A DNA stretch of 64,000 bases from Williopsis jadinii (lineage: Eukaryota): contig AP024664.1 of the NCBI GenBank assembly GCA_024346625.1, positions 3,472,001 through 3,536,000 of the forward strand, read 5' to 3'. The notes beneath the pieces were generated by a model. That model saw only the letters and a program-made list of their open reading frames with translations, was not told the DNA's origin and ran no database searches. The position numbers were made by a program, and so were the translations under genes. This document shows positions 1-10,750 of this stretch, piece after piece; the stretch's first letter is position 1; every line of letters starts with the position of its first letter.

Positions 1-588
1 GCTATCTCCAGACAGCTGTGGGCTTTTGCTAGAGATGATGGCTTCGTGTTTTCCTCGTTTGTCAAGGTTGTCAACAAGAGACTTTCTGTACCTTTAAGAG
101 CTGTTGTTGCCTCTGCAATCATCAGTTTACTCATTGGACTGCTTATTCTCGTTGGTTCCACAGCAGCAGCAGCACTTTTCTCTATTGGTGTTGTTGGTAA
201 CTACGTTGCCTGGATGACTCCTGTGATTCTGAGATACACCTCTGGAAAGGATATCTTCACTCCAGGTAAGTTCCATCATGGTGCTACGATCTCACGTTGT
301 GTCAACTTCACAGCAATTGCATTCCAAGTATTCATTATTGTTCTTGCCTGTTTCCCAAGCACCAGACATCCAGATAAGGATACGATGAACTACGCTGCTG
401 TCATCAACTGTGGCATCTGGATCCTTGCAGTAGTTTATTACTTGGTCTATAAGAGAAAGTACTACACAGGTCCAAAGTCCAATTTGGACGAAGAAGTTTA
501 CCTTGATGCTATCAACGGTGCTGAAGGTTCATCTGAAGACCAAATAGACACAGTTTTGTCCTCATCAAAGGCAGATAAATACGCTTGA
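1..588 (+). CDS. APC-superfamily amino acid/GABA permease (UGA4/HNM1-like), 3' part; 5' end lies before the window
   Basis: The frame is open from base 1 (AISRQLWAFARDDGF...). Motifs SRQLWAFARD, VPLRAV, FTPGKF and MNYAAVI are typical of ACT-family permeases, with several TM segments. Stop TGA at 586-588. Confidence 0.85.
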   Translation, partial: AISRQLWAFARDDGFVFSSFVKVVNKRLSVPLRAVVASAIISLLIGLLILVGSTAAAALFSIGVVGNYVAWMTPVILRYTSGKDIFTPGKFHHGATISRCVNFTAIAFQVFIIVLACFPSTRHPDKDTMNYAAVINCGIWILAVVYYLVYKRKYYTGPKSNLDEEVYLDAINGAEGSSEDQIDTVLSSSKADKYA

Positions 589-646
589 GTATGAGTTAAT
601 AATGATTGAGTTCTTTTGTTTATTATACTGTTTGTAGTAATGGTAT

Positions 647-1996
647 CTAAGATGCTGCCCTCCATTTACGTTGAACCGTGGGAACGTATATAGGAACGAG
701 CATCCAAATGGCACAGTACCCTGCAATGATCAAGTCTATGTATATCAAAAGGTATTCGAACCCAGTGATTCGTGAGATTGCACCAATAGTAAATGGTAGA
801 ACGGCAGATCCAGTACCACCCAATGAAGTTGCCAAACCGACACCACTCACCTGAAGTTGAGTTGGCAAAGTCTTCAACAGCGTTATGTTTGAAGTTGGGA
901 ACAATGGGCCGACAAAGACACCAGACATAAACACTAAAGGCTTCACAATGAGAGTGTAATGATCTCCTGTGTATGCCATTGAATAGACAGCAAACGTGGT
1001 GAAGAAGAACAAACTGAGGAGTGAATATCCCAAGTTTGCAGTGTACTCATTACCAAATCTTTTCGTTACAAATCCCAGTAGCATTCTGCCACATGTGAGA
1101 CCAATCCAGAACCAGCTGACAACGAACGCTGCCTCTTGTTGTTCCATAGACTTGATGGTCCTCAGATATGTGAGCAACCACGAACCAACACCCAGTTCTG
1201 CTCCGATGTAGAGGAAGAGATAGGCACACGTTATTGGGACAATGGGGCTCTTGAATATGTCCCAGAGAGACGCCTCGCCTTTGGTGTCGTCACCTTCAGT
1301 TGAATGGGCCCTATACTTGTCCTTTGTTTCATCACGGAATAGTACTACAACAGCAAGTAGTCCGATAAACGATAGCGTCGCCAATAGGGCATAGTGCAGC
1401 CTATACCCCCAGTGCTTCAAGATCCAGCTAACCAAAGGTGGAGAAATGACACTACCAACGCCATAAAACCCGTGTAACAGTCCCATAAGCTCGTTATGGT
1501 CAACCAAGTCGCTCAAAAATACATTGACACAACTGTCAAGAAGCCCCATACCCATGCCGTAGAACAGATGGAGGCCAATGTACAAAGGGAGGTATTCTGT
1601 GATGCTGATGATCAGGAAGGACATTGCAAGCAGTAACGTGGCAATGGTCATAACACCAAACCTCCCACAATGCCAGTGCAGTTTCTCGTTGGACAGTGCC
1701 GATGATGAGTAGCCAAGGAATTGCAGCATGAATACGATGCTGACAACGGTCTGCGAAGTGCGGTAATGTGTGACCAAGTAGGGCAGCAGAGTACCCACGG
1801 TCTGATCACATAGTCCAGCGACTATGAACAGTGAAAAGCTAGTCAGGATCTGTAGTCTCAGTCGTAGTGATCGTCTCCAGTCCTTATCGTCCCGATTGGA
1901 GGGCATCGGGAGTGGAGTGTCATCGGTACCGGCGTTGGAGTCCGCATCGAGCAGGAACTCTCTCAGTTCGTATTCGTTATCCTTTGTGTTTCCCAT
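647..1996 (-). CDS. MFS transporter, Bsc6/fucose-permease-like
   Basis: 449 aa with about 12 hydrophobic segments. Motifs GLCDQTVGTLLP, LMGLLHGFYGVG, YIGAELGVGSW and FWIGLTCGRMLLG are characteristic of BSC6-type MFS proteins. Confidence 0.8.
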   Translation of the reverse strand: MGNTKDNEYELREFLLDADSNAGTDDTPLPMPSNRDDKDWRRSLRLRLQILTSFSLFIVAGLCDQTVGTLLPYLVTHYRTSQTVVSIVFMLQFLGYSSSALSNEKLHWHCGRFGVMTIATLLLAMSFLIISITEYLPLYIGLHLFYGMGMGLLDSCVNVFLSDLVDHNELMGLLHGFYGVGSVISPPLVSWILKHWGYRLHYALLATLSFIGLLAVVVLFRDETKDKYRAHSTEGDDTKGEASLWDIFKSPIVPITCAYLFLYIGAELGVGSWLLTYLRTIKSMEQQEAAFVVSWFWIGLTCGRMLLGFVTKRFGNEYTANLGYSLLSLFFFTTFAVYSMAYTGDHYTLIVKPLVFMSGVFVGPLFPTSNITLLKTLPTQLQVSGVGLATSLGGTGSAVLPFTIGAISRITGFEYLLIYIDLIIAGYCAIWMLVPIYVPTVQRKWRAAS

Positions 1997-2232
1997 ACTA
2001 TCCGTGATCTTTCACCTTTGTTAGCGATGCTTTAAGGACTCTGACAGAATTGGGACTAGAAATTAATGTGTACCTTGCTCTGGAGGGAGAATTGATCCGA
2101 GAGATGCTGCGGCTCACAACCTACGTTATGTATGTGCGCATGTAAGCAAAGGTAAAGATCATAACGTTCATTAGCCATAGATATGGAATGTTAAAAACAA
2201 GGCAAGGAATATTTTATATACACGTATAGTCG

Positions 2233-3606
2233 TTAGTTATACGGAGGAGGAGCATCTACCCAGAGATGGTGGTTTAGCCCTGGTCCAAACAACAGATTGC
2301 TCTGTGATTTCCGAGGTGAGTGAGGGCGTGAGGCGAGGGATTCGTGAGAGTTGAAGTGTAAAAGTTGCAATTTTTCAATCATTGGAGAGAGTGGAGCCTG
2401 TTGATGTGACTCTCTCAATACGGTACCGAAACGAACAGGGGAGCCGTTCCGTAGTGGGATTGAAAGAGGTGGTACGAATTTAGTACAATCCTCAGCTTTC
2501 TCCTTGGTGACCTGTTGCGATGATTCAACCTTTTGTCGAGTTGTGTGGTGTGGATCCACAAGGGTATCCTCTGATTTAACAGATCTTGTTGCAGCTTCAC
2601 TTGCATGCTCTTTTTTCTTCTTGTTAATCTTTATACTTCTTCTCTTTAACACCTGCGAATTCTTCTCGTTATGGTAGTTCTTAGACTGATATGTGGCCAA
2701 TTTCGTCAGAGTGGTATCCAACTGATATCCATCAACACGCGTTATCAGTTCAATAGGGATGTTTCTGCAATTAGCCAAGCTCGAATAGTTTTCTTCGTAT
2801 TTTGAAAGACCAGGACGTTCCACAACGTCCGGGAAAGGTGGGACGCAAAGCCTTAGACTCTGCCTCGATGTGTTCAACGTGGAGAGCTTTAACATGTTCG
2901 CATGTGAAACCTCGGTTTCACGAGGATTAACATCAAATATTGAAATCTTCTCACTGTGCGAGGGATCCAACTTGGAATGCAGTTGGTGCAGCACGTTACT
3001 CGTGGTCCATTTCTGGGACACTTTGTGTAGCACGCTAGGAAGGATATCTCTGAATAAATCACGTATCTGGTTCTCAATCTTCTTCTGCAAGAATCGTTCA
3101 ATGACACGAACGTTGTCAAAACTGGAACTCACTTTGATGTTCTCCAAGGGGTCGTTCTTGAACACAAGCGTTAACCCTTTGCTCTTCGAGAACACAACAA
3201 CAATGATGCCACTGAGCCTAATATCCCTCAAGTCCACAAATAGTGGCATCGAGAAAGACTTAGAGCTCAAAGCAAACTTTGGCAAGGCAAAATCACCGCC
3301 GTCTTGTGTTATGGAGTCCTGGTAGATCTTTAGGAGGTTGGCCTGAATAGCAGTGGATAGCGTTATATGGGCATCGCCATCGTATTTTAGCTTGAAGATT
3401 CCTCTAAACTTGTCCTTCCCAAGGTCACCAATCTCCAAGATTTCAAAACTTGGACTAGTAGATCCAAAGCTGAGGTCCTTGACAAGGATTTCATCGCTCA
3501 ATATTAAAGGTCTCTTTCCTGAATTCAACGCATCGTAAAGTAACTCCTTGGACCAAGAGAGGAATGAGGACTTTTCCACAGAGTCCCACTGGATGTCACA
3601 GGACAT
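2233..3606 (-). CDS. MDM34: ERMES complex subunit Mdm34 (SMP domain)
   Basis: N-terminal SMP domain (ALNSGKRP, FEILEIGDL, FRGIFKLKYDGD, GLTLVFKNDPLE) and a C-terminal PPPY motif. Sits next to BOL2 and NIF3, as in S. cerevisiae. Confidence 0.93.
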   Translation of the reverse strand: MSCDIQWDSVEKSSFLSWSKELLYDALNSGKRPLILSDEILVKDLSFGSTSPSFEILEIGDLGKDKFRGIFKLKYDGDAHITLSTAIQANLLKIYQDSITQDGGDFALPKFALSSKSFSMPLFVDLRDIRLSGIIVVVFSKSKGLTLVFKNDPLENIKVSSSFDNVRVIERFLQKKIENQIRDLFRDILPSVLHKVSQKWTTSNVLHQLHSKLDPSHSEKISIFDVNPRETEVSHANMLKLSTLNTSRQSLRLCVPPFPDVVERPGLSKYEENYSSLANCRNIPIELITRVDGYQLDTTLTKLATYQSKNYHNEKNSQVLKRRSIKINKKKKEHASEAATRSVKSEDTLVDPHHTTRQKVESSQQVTKEKAEDCTKFVPPLSIPLRNGSPVRFGTVLRESHQQAPLSPMIEKLQLLHFNSHESLASRPHSPRKSQSNLLFGPGLNHHLWVDAPPPYN

Positions 3607-4537
3607 TCTTTATAACCTTCTATAATCAAAAATGGATGAAAAAAAAATGATGGGGAAAGAGACAAATTGGACAAACAGATAGTGTCTTTTTTTTGCCTTA
3701 TTTTAATTAGTCTTACGATCGCCTGATTGGTTCACTTTTTTTTTTGACTTCTTTGTTTTTCTTTTCTGTCGCTGTTTTGATTGATATGGGCCAATTCTCC
3801 TTTACTTGTCCCGCGACCCCCAATTAACGTCACAGAAAAAATTCTTTTCATGACTCCGGGGAAGGATTGTGTTAGGGACCACAGAAGTTAATGTACAATT
3901 CTTCCTCTGCTGTTAGTGATTACTCCGGGTGAGGGTGCGACATACATTGAAGTAAAGCTAACATGTAAAGTTTAATACATAGCGGTTTACTTTCAGACTT
4001 GTTGGATGTGATCGAGCCATGGACAGTTGTCCTTTTCTAGTCACGATTTAGACATTGAAGATACTTAATCAACGCTGATCGATGTCTATTGAATTAAGAC
4101 TTAAGGAGGCATCGGGGATCCGATCAAGTTTTTATCTAAAAGATCACACTATTTACACCGAGATTACAGTGTGATGTGACTGATAAAGCATATAGGCGAT
4201 ACCCCATAGCCCCATTCAGCCTGTTGCGCTATCTACATGGCGGAAACTACCAATCGTTGCAAAGGACCCTTGATCCCCAGGGGAGAGGCAAAAAGCTGTC
4301 AAGCATTAAAGTCATTGTAGATAAGACAAGGCCATTCCCACTTGATAGGTGTGATAACAGATGAAATTCAAACACAGGAATGGTATGTATAGTCACCACT
4401 AGTGCATACAATGTAACACCTCGAGGTCCACGAATAGGCGTCCAGATCCTTTGTCCTGTACAGAGCACTCGGACAGACACACGCAGACCTCTACAATTCG
4501 TTATAACGTGAAATGTGCACGTTCAATCTCAAGCCAA

Positions 4538-4801
4538 TCAAACGTTGTAATTGGCCCTCTGTGTAACCCATTCTTCGGGCGTAAATGTCTTTTGTTGAAA
4601 TGCATGAATGGCGGCGATCTCCTCCTTTAGCAATGAATTGACCAACCTCGATCTGGCCAACTTGTTCTTCCCTTGGAATTGTGAAGACACAATGATCACA
4701 GCAATGGCCTGACCACAACCTCCCGAAAGGTCTTCAACGTACACTTCATCTGTCTGCAGCCTTTCTTGTATGATTAATTTCAATGACTCTGCATCCACCA
4801 T
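4538..4801 (-). CDS. BOL2: BolA-family protein (Bol2/Fra2)
   Basis: 87 aa with EDLSGGCGQ, IVSSQFQGKNKLARSRLVN and EEIAAIHAF. No presequence. Divergent from NIF3. Confidence 0.9.
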   Translation of the reverse strand: MVDAESLKLIIQERLQTDEVYVEDLSGGCGQAIAVIIVSSQFQGKNKLARSRLVNSLLKEEIAAIHAFQQKTFTPEEWVTQRANYNV

Positions 4802-5236
4802 CTTCTCTTTGAAAAATTTTCTCTATTTGTCTTTTAAAACGACACAGGTTAATGACCTCTTCGCAGTTAAGCGGTGTTGTTTTTATAGAGAGGGAAAAAA
4901 AAAACAGGAAAATTAGGAAAATTTTGCCCACAAAGACCATAATGGACATCACCGGCATAACTAAAAAAAGAGCGAAAAACACCAAAGAACGTCAGAGTTG
5001 CCGTTCATTTACCGCGCTTTTGGCCTACAGCAAACAAAAAAATACACCGAACATCAATGGGGCACTCGAACTAGCATCAACTAAAAGCATAAACGACGTA
5101 TCGTCAAGACAAGCTAATCGCCGAAAAAGAAGGCGTGTGGACTGAGTTTTCCAAGGTGAAACCGTATCATTAACCGCTGCGGCTAATTACATCCCACTTG
5201 ACCGCGCTCGAATCGAAACAGGAAAGACAAGACAAA

Positions 5237-6052
5237 ATGTACAAGAGAGTCATCACAAGTCTGGAGAAGAAGTTCCCACTCTCATTGGCGGAATCATGGG
5301 ACAACGTTGGTCTTCTTGTCCCATCTGCGACTACAGCAACGCAAACAGCATCTTCCTCAGGGAAAGTCCTCCTCACCGTGGATTTGACTACGAGTGTTGT
5401 TGATGAAGCTGTGGAGAAGAGTGTTGGACTTATCGTTGCGTATCACCCTTTCATATTCAAAGGAATCAAATCGATTAACCTACAGAATCCACAGCATGTT
5501 TCTCTTCTAAAGCTAATCCAGGCGGGGATTCAAGTCTATTGCCCACATACTGCTATTGATGCCGCTAGAGGAGGCGTAAACGATTGGTTGGTGAAAGGCA
5601 TCACTGAGGATGGTAACATCGTTTCAAATGAGGTTATTGATCCTTCGAAGATAGATCCTAACTCAGGATGTGGACGTATTGTGAAGTTGAACTCTCCAAT
5701 AGCTCTGGAGAGCTGGTTGCCATCTTTCCAAAAACATTTAGGCGTTGGTAACCTTTTGTTGGCTACAAAGTCAAGGGACGTACAGTTTCAATCTGTTGCA
5801 GTATGTGCCGGATCAGGTGCTGGTGTCTTTGCAGCACTTAAAGAGGACGCAGACCTTTACATCACTGGTGAGCTTTCCCATCATGAGGCTCTTATGTTGA
5901 AAGAAAAAGGCAAGATTGTCGTTTGCGCACGTCATAGTGCGACGGAGCGTGGGTTTTTAAGAGAGCTCGCAGAGTATATTGAGGCTGAAGTTGACGAAGT
6001 TGAAGTTATTATCTCCTCTGAGGACTGTGATCCTTTCGAATTTGCATCTTAA
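5237..6052 (+). CDS. NIF3: NIF3 family (NGG1-interacting factor 3) metal-binding protein
   Basis: LAESWDNVGLL, YHPFIF, HTAIDA, CAGSG, TGELSHH and HSATERGFL motifs. First ATG is at 5237; the ORF track starts at TTG 5198. Confidence 0.95.
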   Translation: MYKRVITSLEKKFPLSLAESWDNVGLLVPSATTATQTASSSGKVLLTVDLTTSVVDEAVEKSVGLIVAYHPFIFKGIKSINLQNPQHVSLLKLIQAGIQVYCPHTAIDAARGGVNDWLVKGITEDGNIVSNEVIDPSKIDPNSGCGRIVKLNSPIALESWLPSFQKHLGVGNLLLATKSRDVQFQSVAVCAGSGAGVFAALKEDADLYITGELSHHEALMLKEKGKIVVCARHSATERGFLRELAEYIEAEVDEVEVIISSEDCDPFEFAS

Positions 6053-6696
6053 TGGGATCAACTGCACAGATCATGCGACAGCTTTGTGCTCTGCGTTGAC
6101 CAGGAGGGCGGATCTTATCTGAAGTTACCCTCACCTCACAGGTGGATTATTGCAACTTGTGCATCTTACTGAACATTCGGCTGCCGTATTTATCAAGATC
6201 CAACGGTAATTTGTACGCTGCAGTCACACATTGTATCTTAGATATGGATAGACGTTCACTTTTAGCTGCCTTTAAAATTATGATACGCATACAACCACAC
6301 CTCTATTTAGATATATGTCCGCGTAGTATATGGGCTAACTCACATCAGAGTTATTTTAGAGAGAACTTCTTGATGGTGCTTGTTGTACCCATAACTCTTG
6401 ACTAAGCAACGATATTACTATACTCCACGGCATCTTTCTCATTGACGTCTTCATCTACAGTACTCACAGCACAATTTTCGGTGATCTCCTACAATCTTGT
6501 GCCTTTCTGAAATACCAAGACTTTTCAAATTAGAGTGATCTCCGGATTTTGCTCCTCAGGTTGGTCTTGATTCACGACTATGAACCCTGAAAACCCCGAC
6601 CAAGTTGTCTCTTTGTTGTTTCTTTTTTTTTCTGTTTTTCTGCCTGCAGTTGCCAAGTATCAAAGGCCAATAAAGGCTCAAGAAACGCAAAAAACA

Positions 6697-6707
6697 GATA
6701 AGATAAA
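6697..6707 (+). promoter_or_regulatory. Tandem GATAA (nitrogen GATA-factor) sites upstream of the purine permease
   Basis: GATAAGATAAA at 6697-6707, a further CTTATC at 6114-6119, and TATATAAA at 7180-7187. Function is inferred. Confidence 0.45.
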
Positions 6708-7287
6708 GACGTCTTAGTCGCGAGAAATGTTGGATTGGAGAATTTCTCGTGCTCTAGTCATTTCCCATGTTTTTTGCGTCTTTGAAGAGGGTTTATTGTG
6801 AAGTTAACAGGCCACTGGTAGACCTTATGCGTTGTAAACATTTACACAATGTAATTCTATACGTCATTAAGTATGTAGGGATTGTACAGGCTTGTTGGAA
6901 TGACTGCTTCAAAGCCGCGGCGTACTCCATTTAACAACGGCTGAATTTTTCCTAATCCACTGTAGAGAACGCTGCATAAGGGGAGTAAAGTATGCATTAT
7001 GGACCATGACTGTACAAGCACGGATTATGTATGTTTTCAGAAGGTGAACAACCATGATCAATGTATGCAGATCGATTAGCTGTGCCACCCAATGATTGGA
7101 CTAGGCATTCCAGAATCTTGGTCGTTTCGATTACTCCCACATCACTGAACAGATATGGCAAAAGGGAAAAAAAGTTAGATATATAAAGGGATGCCCAGTT
7201 TCATCTCCTTCCATCATCACAACTGTCCTCGAGTTACAATACTTTATATACTTGACACTAGTATAACAAAGTTTATAGCGCACCACA

Positions 7288-8991
7288 ATGGCTCTAACTG
7301 TTCCTACGAAACAAGGTGCTAGTACCTTCTTCCAAAAAGTGGTCAAGAAATTCACAACTAGAGATGGTCTCATTGGTGACTATGATTACATGCACTTGTT
7401 CATGCCGAAGATTCCATTCATTACGCATAATACCAGGGAACAACCGTTCTTTGGTTTGGACTCAGAGATGCCGATTGTACTGGGTATGATCTTAGGGTTC
7501 CAACACTCGTTGTCCATGTTGGCTGGTATCATCACTCCTCCAATCATCATCTCATCTGCTGCTAATTTGAGCAGTGCCGACTCTCAATACTTGGTGTCTG
7601 CATCATTATTAGTTAGTGGTATTTTGTCCTCTATTCAAATCACAAGATTCCACATCTATGGAACAAAGTACTACATCGGTACTGGGTTGTTATCTGTCGT
7701 TGGTACTTCTTTTGCTACAATTACCATCGTCAATGGTGCTTTCCCAATGATGTACGCCAACGGTGAATGTCCAGTTGCTGCAGACGGAACTAAGCTGGCA
7801 TGTCCACAAGGATATGGTGCCATCTTGGGTACTGGTGCGTGCTGTGCGCTGTTAGAAATAGCTCTCTCTTTCATCCCTCCAAAGGCGTTGCAGAAAATTT
7901 TCCCTTCCATTGTGACTGGTCCTGTTGTCTTGCTTATCGGTGTTAAGTTGATCCAATCCGGTGTCACCAACTGGCTCGGTGGTTCAAACTGTACTGATTA
8001 CTGTCCTTATGAAGGTGCTCCTATGGCTGGTCATTTCGGAAATGCCAGATTCTTTGGTTTGGGTTTCTTGGTTTATTTCACGATTCTCCTCTGTGAGAAG
8101 TGGGGCTCTCCAATCATGAAGTCATGTGCTGTGATTATGGGTCTCTTAGTCGGTTGTATCGTTGCTGCTGCATGTGGTTACTTCAGTCCAGATGATATCG
8201 AAGCTGCACCAGCTGCAACCTTTATCTGGGTTCACACATTCAAGTTATCGGTTTACGGTCCTGCAGTGCTTCCAATGCTTGCAACTTACATAGTGTTGAT
8301 GATGGAAGCCATTGGTGATATCACAGCCACCTGTGATGTTTCCCGTTTGGAAGTTGAAGGTGATTTGTACGATTCCCGTATCCAAGGTGGTGTTCTTGCT
8401 GATGGTTTCAACGGTGTTTTAGCTTGTCTTTGTACTATCACTCCAGTGTCTACATTTGCCCAAAATAACGGTGTCATCTCCATCACCAAGTGTGCTAACA
8501 GAACAGTTGGTTACTGGTGTTGCTTCTTCCTCATCGTCATGGGTATCTTCTCCAAGTTTGCTGCAGCTTTGACCTCTATTCCAAACCCTGTCCTTGGTGG
8601 TATGACCACTTTCTTGTTCACATCTGTTTCCGTTGCCGGTTTGGCTATTATCTCTAGAAACGAGTTCACAAGAAGAGACCGTTTCGTTCTTACAGCTACT
8701 TTGGTGTTTGGTTTCGGTTCCACAATGGTTAAGGGCTGGTTCTCATACATCTTCACATACACTGGTTCTAACAACGCTCTTAAGGGTTTCTTCAACGCCA
8801 TCGTTCTTGTCATGGAGACTGGTTATGCCATTGCCGGTATTCTTGGTGTCTTCCTCAACTTGGTCTTCCCACAAGAAGAAGTTGATGTCAAGTACATCGA
8901 AGCCGAGGAGGAAATTAACGAGACTGGATCTGCTTCTTCTCAGAGTAAGACCACCCACTACGAGGAGAGAAAGGGTGATGAAGTTATGTAG
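7288..8991 (+). CDS. Uric acid/xanthine permease (NAT/NCS2 family, UapA/UapC-like)
   Basis: 567 aa membrane protein with the QH motif in TM1 (GFQHSLSM), MEAIGD, and the NAT signature TFAQNNGVISITKCANR. Confidence 0.93.
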   Translation: MALTVPTKQGASTFFQKVVKKFTTRDGLIGDYDYMHLFMPKIPFITHNTREQPFFGLDSEMPIVLGMILGFQHSLSMLAGIITPPIIISSAANLSSADSQYLVSASLLVSGILSSIQITRFHIYGTKYYIGTGLLSVVGTSFATITIVNGAFPMMYANGECPVAADGTKLACPQGYGAILGTGACCALLEIALSFIPPKALQKIFPSIVTGPVVLLIGVKLIQSGVTNWLGGSNCTDYCPYEGAPMAGHFGNARFFGLGFLVYFTILLCEKWGSPIMKSCAVIMGLLVGCIVAAACGYFSPDDIEAAPAATFIWVHTFKLSVYGPAVLPMLATYIVLMMEAIGDITATCDVSRLEVEGDLYDSRIQGGVLADGFNGVLACLCTITPVSTFAQNNGVISITKCANRTVGYWCCFFLIVMGIFSKFAAALTSIPNPVLGGMTTFLFTSVSVAGLAIISRNEFTRRDRFVLTATLVFGFGSTMVKGWFSYIFTYTGSNNALKGFFNAIVLVMETGYAIAGILGVFLNLVFPQEEVDVKYIEAEEEINETGSASSQSKTTHYEERKGDEVM

Positions 8992-9239
8992 TCATATTGT
9001 TTGGCAATCGTCTTTGGTATTTTTGCATCTTGATTCTTTTATTATTACTAACATTGGTTTATCTTTTATCTTATAAAGTTGTTTATAAACATGTTCTTGC
9101 TTGTTAATTGAATTCTTTGTAGTTGCACCACCGTGATCGAAAATAAATGAAGATGTTGCCCAAGTTCAAAAATGAACATGATCTTCGTGTAAACCATCGT
9201 GATCATGTTATAGTTGCCAGAAGCAAAATCACAGAAATC

Positions 9240-9971
9240 ATGGCCGACAAAGATCGTATTCTAATAATCGGACCTACAGATGTGGCGAAGCATAGATTAC
9301 TACCATTGATTGATGACTCTGTAGATTGTGAAGAAGGGGCCATCCATAACCTACTGCTCAAGACGAAATATTACACCACGGAACTCGATGCTTGGATAGA
9401 TGACGTTGAAGATTGGAATGAATGGACACAGATTTTCCAGAGTGATGAGGCCAAGGAGATAAGGGACGTGATACGAGGGGTCGTAATATGTTTCCCCTTT
9501 AGTTATGGGGTTGATAAGCTCGACAAAGTTATTGACCTTGTTCAGAAATTTGTCGATACACTCAAGATTGACGAGGAGGAATTTCAATGGCAAGGTCTGA
9601 TGTGCTGTGTTGGGTTTGGAGGGATTGATACGTTGGAGCAGTTTGAAGAATTTGAGGATATATGTTTAAGTAAAGGGTGGGAATGCGTTGATTTCGAGCC
9701 TAAAGACGAGTCATTAAAATCTGAAAATCTTGGTCCACAAAGGTTCAGACAGGTTGTCGAGACTAACTCATGGACCAATATGGACATGATAACCCGCGAG
9801 GGTAATCATGAAATGGATTTGGATCATCTTGTCGCTGCGGTAAAAGACGCCAAGGATCACATATCATCTCTACCCACAGATCAAAGACATCAGCATGCTA
9901 TAGATTTTATACAATCACTCAACCTTGGTGGATTCGATGCGGAAGAACTTGAACAAGAGCCTCTTGTATAG
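9240..9971 (+). CDS. IRC6: Irc6 / p34 adaptin-binding protein
   Basis: LKTKYY, WIDD, SDEAKEIRDVI, GWECVD and GPQRFRQVVETNSW motifs, plus synteny with KEG1 and ERJ5. An upstream in-frame ATG at 9147 is an alternative start. Confidence 0.82.
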   Translation: MADKDRILIIGPTDVAKHRLLPLIDDSVDCEEGAIHNLLLKTKYYTTELDAWIDDVEDWNEWTQIFQSDEAKEIRDVIRGVVICFPFSYGVDKLDKVIDLVQKFVDTLKIDEEEFQWQGLMCCVGFGGIDTLEQFEEFEDICLSKGWECVDFEPKDESLKSENLGPQRFRQVVETNSWTNMDMITREGNHEMDLDHLVAAVKDAKDHISSLPTDQRHQHAIDFIQSLNLGGFDAEELEQEPLV

Positions 9972-10544
9972 TTGGACTTTTGTTGGAATGAACACCAATA
10001 GGATCAACTGGATTGAATGCTTAGCCCATCCGTCAACATATTTCAGACCCATAAACAGTATTGCGAATTCCATCACAGAATGTAAGGGGAATTCCAGCAC
10101 ATTCACAACTTGAAAAACTTGCACAAGCCATTGAGGAACCCTTCCAAGGTTAGATAACTTCTTATAGTGATAGAAATACGCAACAACACCCGTAAAGGTG
10201 ATATCTGCAATGTACAGCCCATAGAGTGTATGTCTTTGAAGTTCGATGTTCTTGTCAAACACACATACTGTGATCACAGGTAGCAAGTGGCTAAAGACAT
10301 AACCGCTAGGTGATATAGGAATGAGTTTCAATATGGAAAGGACAAATTCGACGCCTGATATTATGAGAACAACCGCTCTGAAGAACTCGTGGATTCCACC
10401 AGGAAGGAAACGGCGACCAACAAGTGGTAGGAGGATAAGTAATCGCACCAAAAGGGCAAAATGGAAAAAGCCCGCAATTGCATAGAAGCACTTGACGGAC
10501 TTGAATACGAAAGGTGATTCTCTAAGATTAACTCTCTGTGGCAT
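9915..10544 (-). CDS. KEG1: Keg1 ER membrane protein (beta-1,6-glucan synthesis, Kre6-binding)
   Basis: RLLILLPLVGRRFLPGGIHEF closely matches the Keg1 signature. Lies between IRC6 and ERJ5, as YFR042W does. Confidence 0.85.
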   Translation of the reverse strand: MPQRVNLRESPFVFKSVKCFYAIAGFFHFALLVRLLILLPLVGRRFLPGGIHEFFRAVVLIISGVEFVLSILKLIPISPSGYVFSHLLPVITVCVFDKNIELQRHTLYGLYIADITFTGVVAYFYHYKKLSNLGRVPQWLVQVFQVVNVLEFPLHSVMEFAILFMGLKYVDGWAKHSIQLILLVFIPTKVQLYKRLLFKFFRIESTKVE

Positions 10545-10750
10545 CGTGCGATTATGCCTTCTTGTCCTTTGTGATCACAAGTTTGTCATGTGTATGGATC
10601 TCGGTTAAAAATTAACATAGCCTCTCTGTACGTTGCGCGTTTGTCTTGCGCAAGAAAAAGTTTCATACACGTCAACAAAAAAAGCAGACAAAACAGACAA
10701 GACATAAAAGTGTTCAAAACGAGACAAAAGAGACCAACCGGACTAGAAAT

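Noticed and set aside
620..649. Stop-codon readthrough of the BSC6-like gene (also examined for ADH and TKL1 cryptic PTS1)
   Set aside because: A second in-frame stop follows within a short distance, and none of the extensions ends in a PTS1 tripeptide.
5174..5236. Non-AUG N-terminal extension of NIF3 (CTG 5177 / TTG 5198) as a mitochondrial presequence
   Set aside because: The extension is short and contains several acidic residues, so it is not a convincing targeting peptide.
9046..9052. Perfect TACTAAC downstream of the purine permease
   Set aside because: It lies in an AT-rich 3' UTR with no canonical upstream donor, and the CDS is complete without splicing.
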